From Mytilus californianus (lineage: Eukaryota): DNA of 64,000 nt. The stretch lies in NCBI RefSeq assembly GCF_021869535.1, contig NW_026262679.1:123752001-123816000 (forward strand), read 5' to 3'. Positions 24,610 through 37,567 of this stretch are shown here, piece after piece (within the stretch, counting starts at the first letter, position 1; every line of letters begins with the position of its first letter). A program made the position numbers and the translations under genes. The notes beneath the pieces were generated by a model that saw nothing but the letters and a program-made list of their open reading frames with translations, was not told the DNA's origin and ran no database searches.

Positions 24610-25255
24610 AAGGATTTTCTACCCCTAAAATAGGTTACCTTACCTGTATTTGGCAAAACTTTTCGGAATTCTCAATGCTCTTCAACTTCGTACTTTACGT
24701 GGCCTTTTTAACCTTTTTTTATTCAAGCGTCACCGATGAGTCTTTTCTAGATGAAACGTGTGTCTGGCGTACATTATTTTAAGCCTCGTGTCTATGATGA
24801 GTTTATCTTAAAAATGCATAACTGCCCTAAACAATGTGTATGTGTTGTCTAGGGTAATTAGTTTTCAACCTCTGAAACATGTTAGCCTTCTCTTCCACAC
24901 AATATTTTGAAAGACTGTTGTGAGGGTTTTTTTTACTTTCGAAAATTCCCGCTGACAACCAACAGCCAATAATTTGTAGTTGACAAAAGACTTAAGGATT
25001 AATAGGATTGTGAGAAAGGTATGCAACACGAACAGAAATTTGTCTGCACTCAATAGTGAGAATTTACCCCAATTAAGATTGACCAAATCATAGAATCCTC
25101 TAGTAAGGATATCAAACTGACAGTGATACTGTTTTCCAACAGACATCATTGATGGGAACATGAATCAAACAATCTTACAAGCTTTGACATAATTCATTTG
25201 GGACAACAATCATTCTGACATTAACTTCAAACTCTAAAATTAATATCAAATTCTC

Positions 25256-25830
25256 GTACACAATTTTTATCCTGGTATCTATGATGAGTTTATTTACAAC
25301 TACTGGGTCAATGCAACTGCTTGTGGTTGTATCAAAACTTTTCGGGATTTTCGGTCCTCAATGCGCTTCAACTTTGTATTTTATTTGCCCTTATTTACTT
25401 TTTCGATTCGAGTGTCACTTATTTAGACGAAACGAGCGTCTGGCGTAAAAATTTTAATCCTGATATTTATGATGAGTTTTTTACAACCACTGTGTCGATG
25501 TCACTGCTGGTAGAGGTTATATTACCGAGAATATTTCCAGCTCAGTAGTCAGCACTTCTGTGATGACATGAATTATCATTGATATGGTCATAATTATAAA
25601 TTAACTGCTTACAAAACATTTAACATTTCAAAGTACTAAAGATTTTCATCTCCAGGAATAAATTACCATAGCTGAATTTAGCCAAACCTTTCGGAATTTT
25701 GGTCCTAAATGCTCTTCAAGTTCTTACTTTATTTGGCCTTTTTAACTTTTTTTATTCGAGCACCACACATGAATCTTTTGTAGACGAAAAGCGCATCTGG
25801 TGTACCCACTTTACCAATGATGAGTTTATC
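25256..25830 (+). mobile_element. Tandem ~350-nt retrozyme-like units (copy 2)
   Basis: HHR remnants at 25413-25445 and 25760-25802. Confidence 0.75.
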
Positions 25831-26892
25831 TGAAATTAACATCAAACTTTTTGGTAACTTTTGTATCAAATGAAAGCTCGGGGTCTTGGGATTACTGTAG
25901 AACCCTTGCTGAAGTTTCTCTAGAATAATAAAATAAATTAATAAATTTATGACAGGGGGCATATTTTCCTTGTTGCTCAGAACAGAATTTCCAGTTTTTT
26001 TACTACTCACTTCCGACAACCAGGGCGCTCTTATATGCAATTAAGAATATGTTGAATTGTTCAGCACAAATCAGGATAAGGTATAGTTGTCACATTACCT
26101 TATTATGTCTGTTTCGGTTGCTCACCCACATTTGTCAATATAACGGAATTATTAACAACTGTCATACAAGTGGGAGGTTTAGCTAGCTATAAAACCAAGA
26201 TTAACCCATCATTTTCTTTAGAAAATGTGCCTTGGAGTTCGGTATTTTTTTATATTTTTTTGCTATGAAATGACCGCCACTTTATTTGAACTTTAGACAA
26301 ATTAGCTATAAATGCTTGAAATTGCATGATTGAACATAGACAGCAATGGGGCTATGAATTAGTGGTTTTATTCCCAAAGATAATTTATATTATTGTTTTT
26401 GAGCAGTCGCCATGAAACAACTTTCTGTCGTATAAATTAAAAAAAATGACCGAAGGCTAATAGAATTAGAATTCCAACGTACACTCCTCCTTATAGATTG
26501 GGTTTTGTATTGGTACATGAAGGATCATATATTATGCATTGGTTCAAAACATAGATGTCCTAATGAATTTATTTCATCTACAACTTTCGTAGATGTTTTA
26601 TTATTAAACCAGCAATTTTAATGAGATAAAAATTGAATTGAGAATTTACACAACCAAATCTCTTTAAAAACGATTGATCATGTGCCGTAGTATTTTTAAC
26701 TATATGTTTTGCAATCTTTTAAGGGTGAGTTTGAAATTTTTTTCAATGGATTTATGACTTTACATTATCTTCAACTTCGTATGTGATTTAGTCTGCCAAC
26801 TGTTTTGATAAAGTCTTATATACTTATGGCGTCCAAAATCGAAAGCCTGGTATATTAAATGGTTTTAACATACCATTTGATTATGATTTTTC

Positions 26893-27150
26893 GGGGCCTT
26901 GGTGGCCTAGTTGTCTGAGTAGTTCAACTACTGTACTACTAGCCTGTCAACACTGAGGTTGTGAGTTCGGGCTCTTTCAGTGGCAGGTGCGTTCGACTCC
27001 AATCCTAATTTACTAGAATTGCCAGTTTTTCCTGCGAAGGTATGTGGTTCTCTACGTGCTCTCCGACTCCCTCCACCAATAAAAACTTGCCGACACAAAA
27101 TAGCCAATATTACTGAAAGTGGCGTTATAACACCAAAAAATCAATCACTA
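26893..27150 (+). mobile_element. tRNA-derived SINE (copy 2)
   Basis: Paralogue of 4813-5085. Confidence 0.65.
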
Positions 27151-28429
27151 AATCAAATATGATTGTTCAAGGAAAAAAAACCAATAACAAATTGACGATT
27201 AGGAAATATTAGAAGTCATCCTTATTGCCATTATTTAAGCTTATCAGAATTTTGACATGAAAAGTACATAAACAAGTCTTATAACTGCGTTTGTTTGCAT
27301 TTCAATTGCAGGTGAAAATGTTTAACAGAAACAAATCCAGGCAAGGAATCAGATCTTTTCATGAGGGAAATATATTCCTTAATTCAAAATTATTTTAAAA
27401 TTTTGAAACAGCAAATTGTAATAACACAATATCCGTATTTTCATTCCAGTACCGACAAAAAAATAAAAATAACACGACTATAAGATTAGACAGAAATAAA
27501 ACTGTTAACCAAGTAAGTCCTAGAGGGAAACTTTGCACTTAATACATTTGACTTATGTTGATCCTGTCTAGAAAATAATCACCGTGTCAAATATGGCATT
27601 TTTCATTTACTAGTGTAGATTAAATGTATGATTTACAACGTAAATATTCTATTGATGAAAATACATTCGATTCATTTTGTCCTCGTCATATTGGAATGGT
27701 CATAGATGTACCCACAGAAAGAGTTCATTTTTTATTCTCATTATATCGCGTAGCTTTCTTTTTTGGATTCAGTTTTATTATTCAAAATCAGATCGGTAAA
27801 TTACTGATTATTATTAAAGTGTATTTTAAGATTTCTTTCATTTCGTGCTGTGTTTTTATGGTTATGAGACTTCTAACACGCTAATCCTTATTTGGTGCTT
27901 ACACTATTAAACCAGTTAACGGTTTGGCTTGCAATTAATCCACCAGTGTCTCGTGGTATGTTTATGTATATGATCATTTATTGCTCCTCTATCTCGTACT
28001 TTATTTGGCCTTTTAACGTTTTTGATTCGAGAGTCACTGTTGAGTCTTTTGTAGACTGGCGTACAAAATTATAAGCTAGGTATAAAACTCATTATAAATG
28101 AATGTTGTTGTATTACTTTTTCTATTTGTAAACATTTTGATAGCATCAGAACTTTTTATTCTTTTATTCTATACTGTGTTATTATTGTTTTTCATTTTAG
28201 ATTTTTTATTCAATTATTTGTTTTATTTTTTGGCCTTCTTCCATGTGACTTTTTCATTATATTTTTTACTTATTCAGTAAAGTACATTTTAATATTAATT
28301 TATGACTGCTTACATGTTGTTTAAATTTAACTGTAATTTCCTGATGGCACCATTCTCTAGGAGTACAAAGACATTTATATGATTTACATTACATGTTGCT
28401 CCTGACAGGGAAAAAAAAGACGCATTCAT

Positions 28430-29420
28430 TGACAAATCATTAGCGAGGAAATAGGGACGGGATTGTGGCGACGATAAATGAAACAATCTGTCTGTGACTC
28501 CGAAATTCCATAGCGATAATGCTGGTGCTGTTAAAAGAGATGCAAAGGATACCAAAGGGACATTCAAACTCATTAGTCGAAAATAAACTGACAACACCAT
28601 GCCCAAAAAAGAAAAATACAAACAGACAAACAACAGTACACAAACCAACATAGAAAAAGACTGAGCAACACGAACCCCACCAAATACTCGGGATGATCTC
28701 AGGTGCTTCGGAAGGGTAAACAGATCCTGCTCCACATGTGGCACCCGTCGTGTTGCTCATGTAGGTACACACCTGGTGATATGTCTAATTTGGTAGGTCA
28801 CATTCATGGGTAGGGGTCTAGATTGTAGTAACGACAATTGGAACATATCCATCGTCATCTGTGAAACAGATATTCCATAAGGGACAACCAACTCGTAATG
28901 GCGTCCGTAAAATTTACGAAGTGATGGTTTCAACTTCACCACTTGGAACTCTTGGTTTAATAGCTTCCTTGTGAACAGCAACCCTCGATCAAGGAAATCC
29001 TGATAGGAAACACAAGCCCTGGAATATCGTATGAACTAAGAGATATATATGCTCCGTATGCAGGTGCTGCTGGAATGTTGCTACATAGAAATGGGAGTTT
29101 CACAATTGGGAAGCTAAAATCATCTCTTGTGTCGGCCCTCATTGTCAATTTCTAGATGTATGTCAAGATATGAGGAAGACTTAACTGTCTCTGTTGTATC
29201 CTTTGTTTCAAGTTTGATAGGATAGATGCGTTCAACATAGTCACCGAATTTTTAATTATTTAGTGAGAGAACATCATCTATATAGCGGAAAGTGCTAACT
29301 TCTTTTCTTTTTTCCTAAGAAGTTTCTGTATGAAGTCATCCTCATATGAATGAAGGAACAAGTCGGCAAGAAGAGGGGCACAGTTGGTTCCCATGGGAAT
29401 GCCGATTGTTTGTTGAATCT
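28430..29420 (-). pseudogene. PLE RT 3' half plus tail (copy 2)
   Basis: ORF-track pieces 29278-29541, 28957-29148 and 28757-28981 carry the RT motifs. Confidence 0.85.
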
Positions 29421-30514
29421 TATCTTTAAATCTTTCTAAGAGGTTACTTCTTTTTAAATGAAGAGGATTTTGCTTAATAGTATCTTTGTAAGCGGAACCT
29501 CTGCATAAAGGTAATTCTGATACGCAAGAAAAGCATATCATATCGACTGGTGGATAAATTTTCTATATGCAGGTGTTATTTAAAAAATAATACAGTCCAT
29601 TGGGGAAACGAAAAAGAGCAAATTTGGTAGTAATTTTCAAGCATTCTCCAAGTACACAAATCACAAATAAACAAGCAACACAAAATATTACAGGAACATA
29701 TTGGAATTAGAAAAGCAACACAAGAAAATATATAGAAAATCATACTGTATTTAAATGCTCACTGTTACTAAACATCAGCTCAATATACTTGACCTGCTTA
29801 TGAAAAATCAAGCCATCCTAAAATAAATAACGATTCCTGTACATCACAGACAATTTCATACTGCAACGTTATCCACAATACAAGACGATATTTGATATTT
29901 TAGTATAGTATTATCCTATAAATAAAACATTTAATGGTTATACCAAATTTGTATTTTGGAAACCAATGAGTCGATTGGAAAAATAAGTTATTCTATTTTT
30001 GCTAATAACTTTTTTTTGTAAACTATATGTGCAACGTAAAAAAAAAATATATTAAAACCAAAACATCAATGGTTTCATTATAAACGTCTCTAGTACATAA
30101 CTGTAATAATCTAGATAGTTATGAAAAGTAGAAGAGTGAAAGGAAACTATTTAACTTGACATTAACAAAGGCATAAAGACGAAACATTAATAATGAAGAG
30201 AACAATGGACTTTTATTTATTTTCAGCGATGACTCAAGTAAACATCAAATTCGGATGGTCATTGATGTAGATGGACGACTTCAAACTACAATCTATGAAA
30301 AACGTGATGATTTTTTCAACTTTCCAACTCTCAACTTAATTTATCTCAGCAGTAACATACCCTCTCATCTATCGTATGAAGTTAACATATCTCACATAAT
30401 ACGTTTCGCTTGTGAATGTTCACACTATACAGGCTACAATAACAGTGGTGTGCTCCTTACACCAAAATGCTGGAAAAAAACACTTATAAAAAATACCAGG
30501 TTTACAATTGTATA

Positions 30515-30557
30515 CGCCAGACTCGCATTTCGTCCAAAATAAGACTCATCAGTGTCG
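30515..30557 (-). ncRNA. Minimal type I HHR, core intact (copy 2)
   Basis: Reverse complement: CGACA CTGATGA GTC-ttattttg-GAC GAAA T-GCGA-GTC|TGGCG. Confidence 0.75.
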
Positions 30558-32199
30558 CTCGAATAATAAAGGTTAAAAGTCAATATCAAGTACGAAGTTG
30601 TAGAGCATTTGGGACCGGAAATTCCTAAAGGTTTTGCAAATTACAGCTCAGTTCATCTATTGCTGAGGTAGAGAATCCTTATATTTCGAACTAATCAAAA
30701 TTGTGTAAACAGTTGATTTATAAATATGACCATATCAATGATATGTCATGTCAACACGGAGTGCTAAATACTCGGGTACAGAGATATGAAGAAGAATTAC
30801 TGAAATCGACAGTACATTAGTTGTACGATCACTTAAACAGATTGTTTGATACGATCTGTCGTGCCTCAACTCAATACCTACATCTTTGTGTGGTTTTAGA
30901 TCTTTAGATACTAGTAAAGTCGTCTGATTTGTATTTTACCTTTATATCTTATTCCCGATTGTGACACTTGACTGATCTTAGATTTGGATGGCGATTAATG
31001 CACGTGATGCATGGACACGATTCCCTCAGTTTTTGTTTGTTACCATGATTTGTTTTTTATTATTATTAGATTGACGTGATTTGACCATCAGTATATTTCA
31101 GCCGCCTTAATTACCGGAAATTAAAGAGCAGATGAGATGATTAATTTGTTCAGTATAATGTTATATCCAATATACACAAACATTGAATACGATCGTTATA
31201 TTTCATAAATCACTAGCTAAATTGACACGTTTTCTTTGAAACTACGTGAAATACAATTTTCAATGCCAAATTTTGAATAATAAATGGTGACCGAAGTGAT
31301 AAGTAGAGTTTCTGTTTCAAAGAAATGGACCCAAAAGTTGTCTCATTGGCACTTATGCAACATCTTTATATTTGATGGAACCAGACGTAATTATTAATGT
31401 AATTGATCGTACTGTAGCACTGATTGTTTCAATATAATGTACTTTATGGCTAATCAACAGTTAGTTGATAACATATCATAAGTCATAAAAGACATCCCGA
31501 GAGAAATACATGGTGCTCCAAACTTGATTTACTCTGTTGAAGTCATATAATATATTTATTATCTAAATAATTTATTTTGCGAGTTAAAAGGGCTCTAATT
31601 TTTGCACACAGCATGTATATATTGCTTTGCAAATACGTTTTCAATGCACTGGATAACAAAGTTTTCTATTTTCCAACACACATAGATCATTACGAGCGTA
31701 AACAACTAACGGGGATGAAAGCACGCCTAAAAAGAACAACTACCACTGCTAATCACAACTATTTGAATTTAATGAATATAAAAAGGAGATGTGGTGTGAT
31801 TGCCAAGACTTAGTATCCACTAGAGTTCAAATGACTTGGAAGAAAGTATAGCTTTGGTTAATAATTCTATCAATTTCAGAACAGACAAATGGGGATCCAT
31901 ATATATAAATGTTCGTAAAAAGAACTACTATTATTAAACAAATATCTTTTAGATACTATAATAGCCACAATAAGAAACGATACACAAATGTTATCAAAAA
32001 TATTTATATTAGTTTTATCAATGTTATTTTAGTTTTGTATTTTATGTAACAATAACATAAACGCATACAAACTTTAAAAAAGAAACAGATCAAAATACAT
32101 TTGTATGCAATTAAGCGTTGTATAAAAGCTTGCGGAGTGTTATTCTACTCTTCCAACAAGCTAAGACAGCTCGTAGTTGGTTGGTTAGCACTTGTTGCT

Positions 32200-32980
32200 T
32201 TTAACGCCTACTCATAAATTTGTCAAGCACATCCACTAAATGTTAAAATGGTGATAGATCTGGCTGGTCAGGGGAGAGTGTTAATGTTAATCTGCGCAAG
32301 ATATTGGGTGCATAAACGAGCCACTTGACACCTTGCATTATCCTGTTGAAAAGTATGCTGATTTCCACGCCTTGTAGAAAATTTTTGAACAATTGGGATG
32401 AACACGCACTCAAGTTTCATTTAATTTGATAAACTTCAAGTCTGTGCGTCCACAATACGTGATTCGTGCTCACAGTACCGCCACCGAAAGCGATCACATC
32501 CATGTACACGTACGTCTGCATACCAGTCAGTTCGGCGTCTGTAAACTCTCATTCTGCTATCACTTCTAAGCAAATAAAGTCATGATTCATCACAAACGAG
32601 AACACCTGGCACCTAACACGGTTCCAGAATAAACGTGCGTTGTCACAAAGGAGGCTCGAAAGTGCAGTGGCGTTGTTTTATAATAGTTATTACTACTGGG
32701 CATCGTGAACGTAAATCAGCAACTCTTAGCCTTTCACAAACAATTTGGGCGAATATGTTTATAGTATACCTCCAAGATGTTTGTCTTGCAATAATAATAG
32801 CAGACGGAAAACGATCCCGTAGATGGGTAAATTTATTCAATGATCTTGACGTAACGTAGTTTCCCTCGGACGTCCACTGCGTGGTCTGTTAGACTCATTA
32901 ATCGCGTTATTGATTTTTGAAACTTTGCGACTTCAATAGTACTCAAACTTCTTGCCTCATTCACACTGCTCTTTTTGAAT
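32200..32980 (-). pseudogene. Tc1/mariner (IS630-Tc1-mariner DDE) transposase pseudogene
   Basis: Reverse strand motifs, with stops and frameshifts: RPRSGRPRETT..QD; LRDRF...Q.V..RLR; DES; RVYRRR...DRF-GGG; FQQDNARCQVAR...LP*PARS; SP..HL.DVLDK. Confidence 0.85.
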
Positions 32981-35900
32981 GTCACCTTTAATCATCTTTT
33001 GTTTACCTGTGTTTACCAGATATTTAGTTGAAACAGTATTTATTAATGAAAAAATATAACAATGAAGCAGTACAATTTTACATAAACTTCAGTTATGAGA
33101 TTCGGAAACAAATTTGGAAAATTTCTTATAAACCGTCTCCCGAAAACAATTAATCTATTTAACAAACAATATGACGTGCCAACAGTATATTCAGTTTAAG
33201 TAACATATAAATTTTAATAATATACCAAAACATAAGTTTCAAAGAAAAAAAGCAAACAAAAAACAACGAAGCAGTTTACTTTTATTTTCTTGATAGAAGG
33301 TCACTGGAACCACCACACATGTCCGATTATAGTCGATTACGGACAATCCACTCGATCTGACATCAATATTTATCACTAATAAAAACATTTAAATCTTTCT
33401 TTTTATGGTAAAATAAAGATATTTAATCACCCTCATTAAGTTATAGCCCGTGTCGGACGTCATGTATGTGTTTCCGCTCAAAATTTGAAACGACGATATA
33501 TAGTAACGGTGTATTCAGGTTAAACAAAACAAGATGGGTAGTAACATATAGACTTATGACTGTTTTTGAACATACAGCTAGTGGCAATAAATACATTTTT
33601 GGTAATAAAAAATGTCATTCCAAAACTCTGGTATAGCTTATGGCTAATATATAATGATTGCTTAAGGCTTTTCAGTTAATTTTGCATAGACGCATTTATG
33701 AATTAATGCAACATTAGTTGATTGATGTTCAAATCTCGTAAATCGATTAAAACAAAACAAACCAAGGTGGCACGCAAAAGCCGCGGGAATCGCACGAATT
33801 TAAAAAGGGGGCGAGTCGTTTGTGTCGACAGGGTAAGCGTATCCTGCTATGCATGTATCAACCGCCATGTGAATCCAATCACAATATGGGAATAGGACAC
33901 AATTAACAAATTACGAATCAGACAACCATACTGGTATTTAAAGATCTAAGAGCGCTTAAACATGTCGCTAGTGAGTTGGGACACCGACACATCGTATCGG
34001 TCAATCAATTAGTGATGTTGAAATTAAAACTTATATAGTGTCGATTTCAGTCGTTTTTCTTCTTTACTCTGTTGCATCAGTCTTCATGTTTATGAGCACA
34101 CCACTGTTAATTAAGCCCTTTTAGTAATAACATGCACAAGTAACATCTTAACTGAGATATGTAAATGGATTGAGTAGAGGGTAAGTTACTGATTAGATTA
34201 GGAAAGTTGGCAATTGGAAAGTTGAAATAATAATATTAACTGTTTTGAAATTGTTTTGTTCTATCCGTCTGTCGGGTAGTTAAAAATAATTTGTCGCATC
34301 AATGTTTTCTGCCATTTTACTTCGTACCAAGTTATAAGCTTGGTAATCTGAAATAATGATAGGAAACTAAAAGCACTTACTGATGTCTTAGTATATAATG
34401 TCACCATTGCTAAATTCCTTTACGAATAATTTTTAAAATTACTAAACACATGGATACTTTTGATTGATCCGTTATCCTGACCTTTAAATTTAAAATCCCC
34501 TGCGTGATAAGGACGTATTGCGGTCAACTCGACTTACTGAATCGCAGTGCGACCGTATATAAACATAAGCTTCATGTCATTGTTTTCCTTTTTTGATTAT
34601 TCATATGTATACATACAAAAACTCTTCAATTGTGATTAAAACGTAATTATATTTGCGTAATGGAGAAGACGTTTTTTAGTTGTCTTATCCATTTGTCTTG
34701 TATTATTTCCGCAATACAAAATGTTTGAATAAGTCACTTTTACCTTTTGGGTGTAGTTGGCAGTGGATATAATAACAAATGGAAAAAAAACCATTCCTTT
34801 TATATTACTTTTCTGGAGCACCAGAGTTCACCATGCGTCATTTTGGGCCATTTGTTCAATATCTGGATTTCTGTTCCGTTTTTATTGAATGTTAATTGAT
34901 TTTTTGACGTTTTGTGTGTCTTTCATTGTTTTTGTCTGTTTTTCATCGACCCATGGTTGTAATTGTCCACTTGTATCATCCCTTTTCATAAGGTATTTTC
35001 GTAGTCATCTACCAAATGTTTTGTGGATCTGAAATTCAGTTTATCTTTAGACTAAAGGGAAAAGCATTAAAGTGGCTTTCAAATACAAAATTTCTTAAAA
35101 TATTTGTTAGTAATATGCATGAATATTCATAGTTTTTCTTAAATTCATAACTAATTTAAAAGCAAGACGGTCTTTCACCACGAGGCAGCTGTTTTCTCAT
35201 TATATTGCATATAGATGTTCATATCGACTGTACGGTATGAGCTTTCTCAGTGTTGACGGTTGTACGGTTGTCTATAACTGCTCACGTCCGTTTCATTTCA
35301 ACTTTGGTGGATAGTTGTCTCATTGGCAATCATACCACATCTCTTTATCTTTACATTGTAAAAGGATTACATAGACTTTAGTAATACATGTTTGACTGTT
35401 TCCAATAAAATATGTGATATGTATCATGATTTTATATCCAATCTATCTGTATGCCAAATTTGTATATAACATATAGATGTTTTAGGGGAAAAGCATTTTA
35501 ATATTTTTTTTAAATAGTTTGTCAAAATAAAATGAATGAAATAAAACACCTCAACTACAGTCGTTGGTTATCAACCCTTTTTCGGATTGATTTAGTAGTT
35601 TTATGTTTTGTTTATTTGTTGTTTTATTTTTAGGCATTCTTATACTTTCGATCCCAATTCATCCTGTTGACCTTTTCCATAAAATAAACAACTTGCTATT
35701 CATGTAGTAACGAATTCTTTGACACAACAAACATATTTTTAAGGTTTATTTATGTCGTCGCCTCATTGTGATCTGAACTTTTTTTTACTTGATCCATTCT
35801 GCTCACTGATAAAGATGCTAACTAATACCATAAAAAGAAAGATTTAAAAAAAGATCGTGTTGGCCATGCTGAAAATATTTCACATTGGTTGTAAAAGAAT

Positions 35901-37406
35901 AACATCATATTAAATTGTAAGCATTACAATATCAGCAACACAAAACCCACTTTACAGCTGATGATATTTATGTCGTGTGATCATTTCAAATCGCATTACT
36001 CTTGTTTCCGTAGAGCGAATAGCTTTTCATATAATAAAACAATACTGTCGGGTGAATCAACGTCAAAAACATTTTACAACTGTAAAACAACTTTGTCTGA
36101 GTAATTTGGAGTCATTTGGTGAATTTATTCAAAATAACTAGTCATTAAAGTTAATATTTCATAATAGTCATGTAAAATTTTCTCGAAGCACTGACAAACA
36201 ATGCGGATGATAAAGTCCAATAACAGTTATTGTTAAAATAAAGTATAATAAACACAATAGATTAATGTCAGTAATACTTTATAGAAAAATTTCTTTTAAT
36301 GTCAAGGATTTGTTTTGTCTGATATGATTTTAAAGGGGATTAGAAGAAAAATATACAAGACAAACAACTTTCATGGTTTACTAGGAAATAACTAATACAT
36401 CAGCCTTAAAGCAAGATCACGATGTACCTTAACAACGACTTATTATCCGACCATCAACTTTAGGAATATATTCATCGTAAGGTACTTAGTATGTGTAGAA
36501 AACGTTTCTAATACTGCATAAGGTGAATAAGCAAGGAATATAGTTTCGAAGTATCAGTGCATATAAAAAGTAAAATCACAAAAATACTGAACTCCGAGGA
36601 AAATTCAAAACAGAAAGTCCCCAATCAAATGGCAAAATCTAAAGCTCAAACACAAAAGTGGATTGAACCTGGTTTTATAGCTAGCTAAACCTCTCACTTG
36701 TATGACAGTCGCATCAAATTCCATTATATTGACAACGATGCATGAACAACACAAATAGACATAATAGGTAAAATTGTCAAAACTAGGGGTACAGCAGTCA
36801 ACGTTGTGTTATAATCTTAATCATAATAAAAAACAAATAAATATTTAACAAAGAAGCACAAAAAGGCATATTTCAAATTTAACAACCTCATTCATTGCTT
36901 TCTTATTTTTGTATTTTATTTATGTATGTTAAATCCACCCATAAAAAAATGAAAGATTTTAACTTTCAAATTGTAATTTTTTCAATTTCTCAGCAGTAAC
37001 ATACCCTGTTCGTATACTCCGACGTTTGGCGTTTACTTGTCTCAGTTAATACATTGCACTCGTTCATGTGTCAATGTCTTCGTTAACAGGGATATGATCC
37101 TTCTAAAAAACCTTCTCCAACAGAGTTCCGAGAAATGGCGATTACAATGACAGTTCAACAGTGTGACGATCACCACCACAAATTGGATGCCTGATACGAT
37201 GCGTCAGCGGTTCAACTCACCAGCGAAATGTCTTTACATACCAGTATGGTCGTCTTATCTGTAGTTGTACCGATTGTTCCCTATTCTCTATTGTAAATTA
37301 ATAAAATCAGGTATTACAAGAAGAGGTCCAGTTTAAAGTTCATGCAATTCTACTTTAACTGAGATTACAAATCCCTCTCGTAAATTTGGTTTAAAAAGTT
37401 TGCAAA

Positions 37407-37567
37407 AGAGGGACGAAAAATACCAGAGGGACAGTCAAACCCATAGATCGAAAACAAACTGACAACGCCATGGCCAAAAATAAAAAGACAAACAGACAAA
37501 TAATAGTACAGATGACACAAAATAGAAAACTAAAGACTAAGCAACACGAACCCCACCAAAAAATATT
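37407..37567 (-). mobile_element. ~160-bp PLE 3'-tail insertion with 8-bp TSD (TTTGCAAA), copy 2 only
   Basis: tttgcaaa is at 37399-37406 and 37568-37575. The empty site aaaagtttgcaaagcta is at ~15750-15766. Confidence 0.85.
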
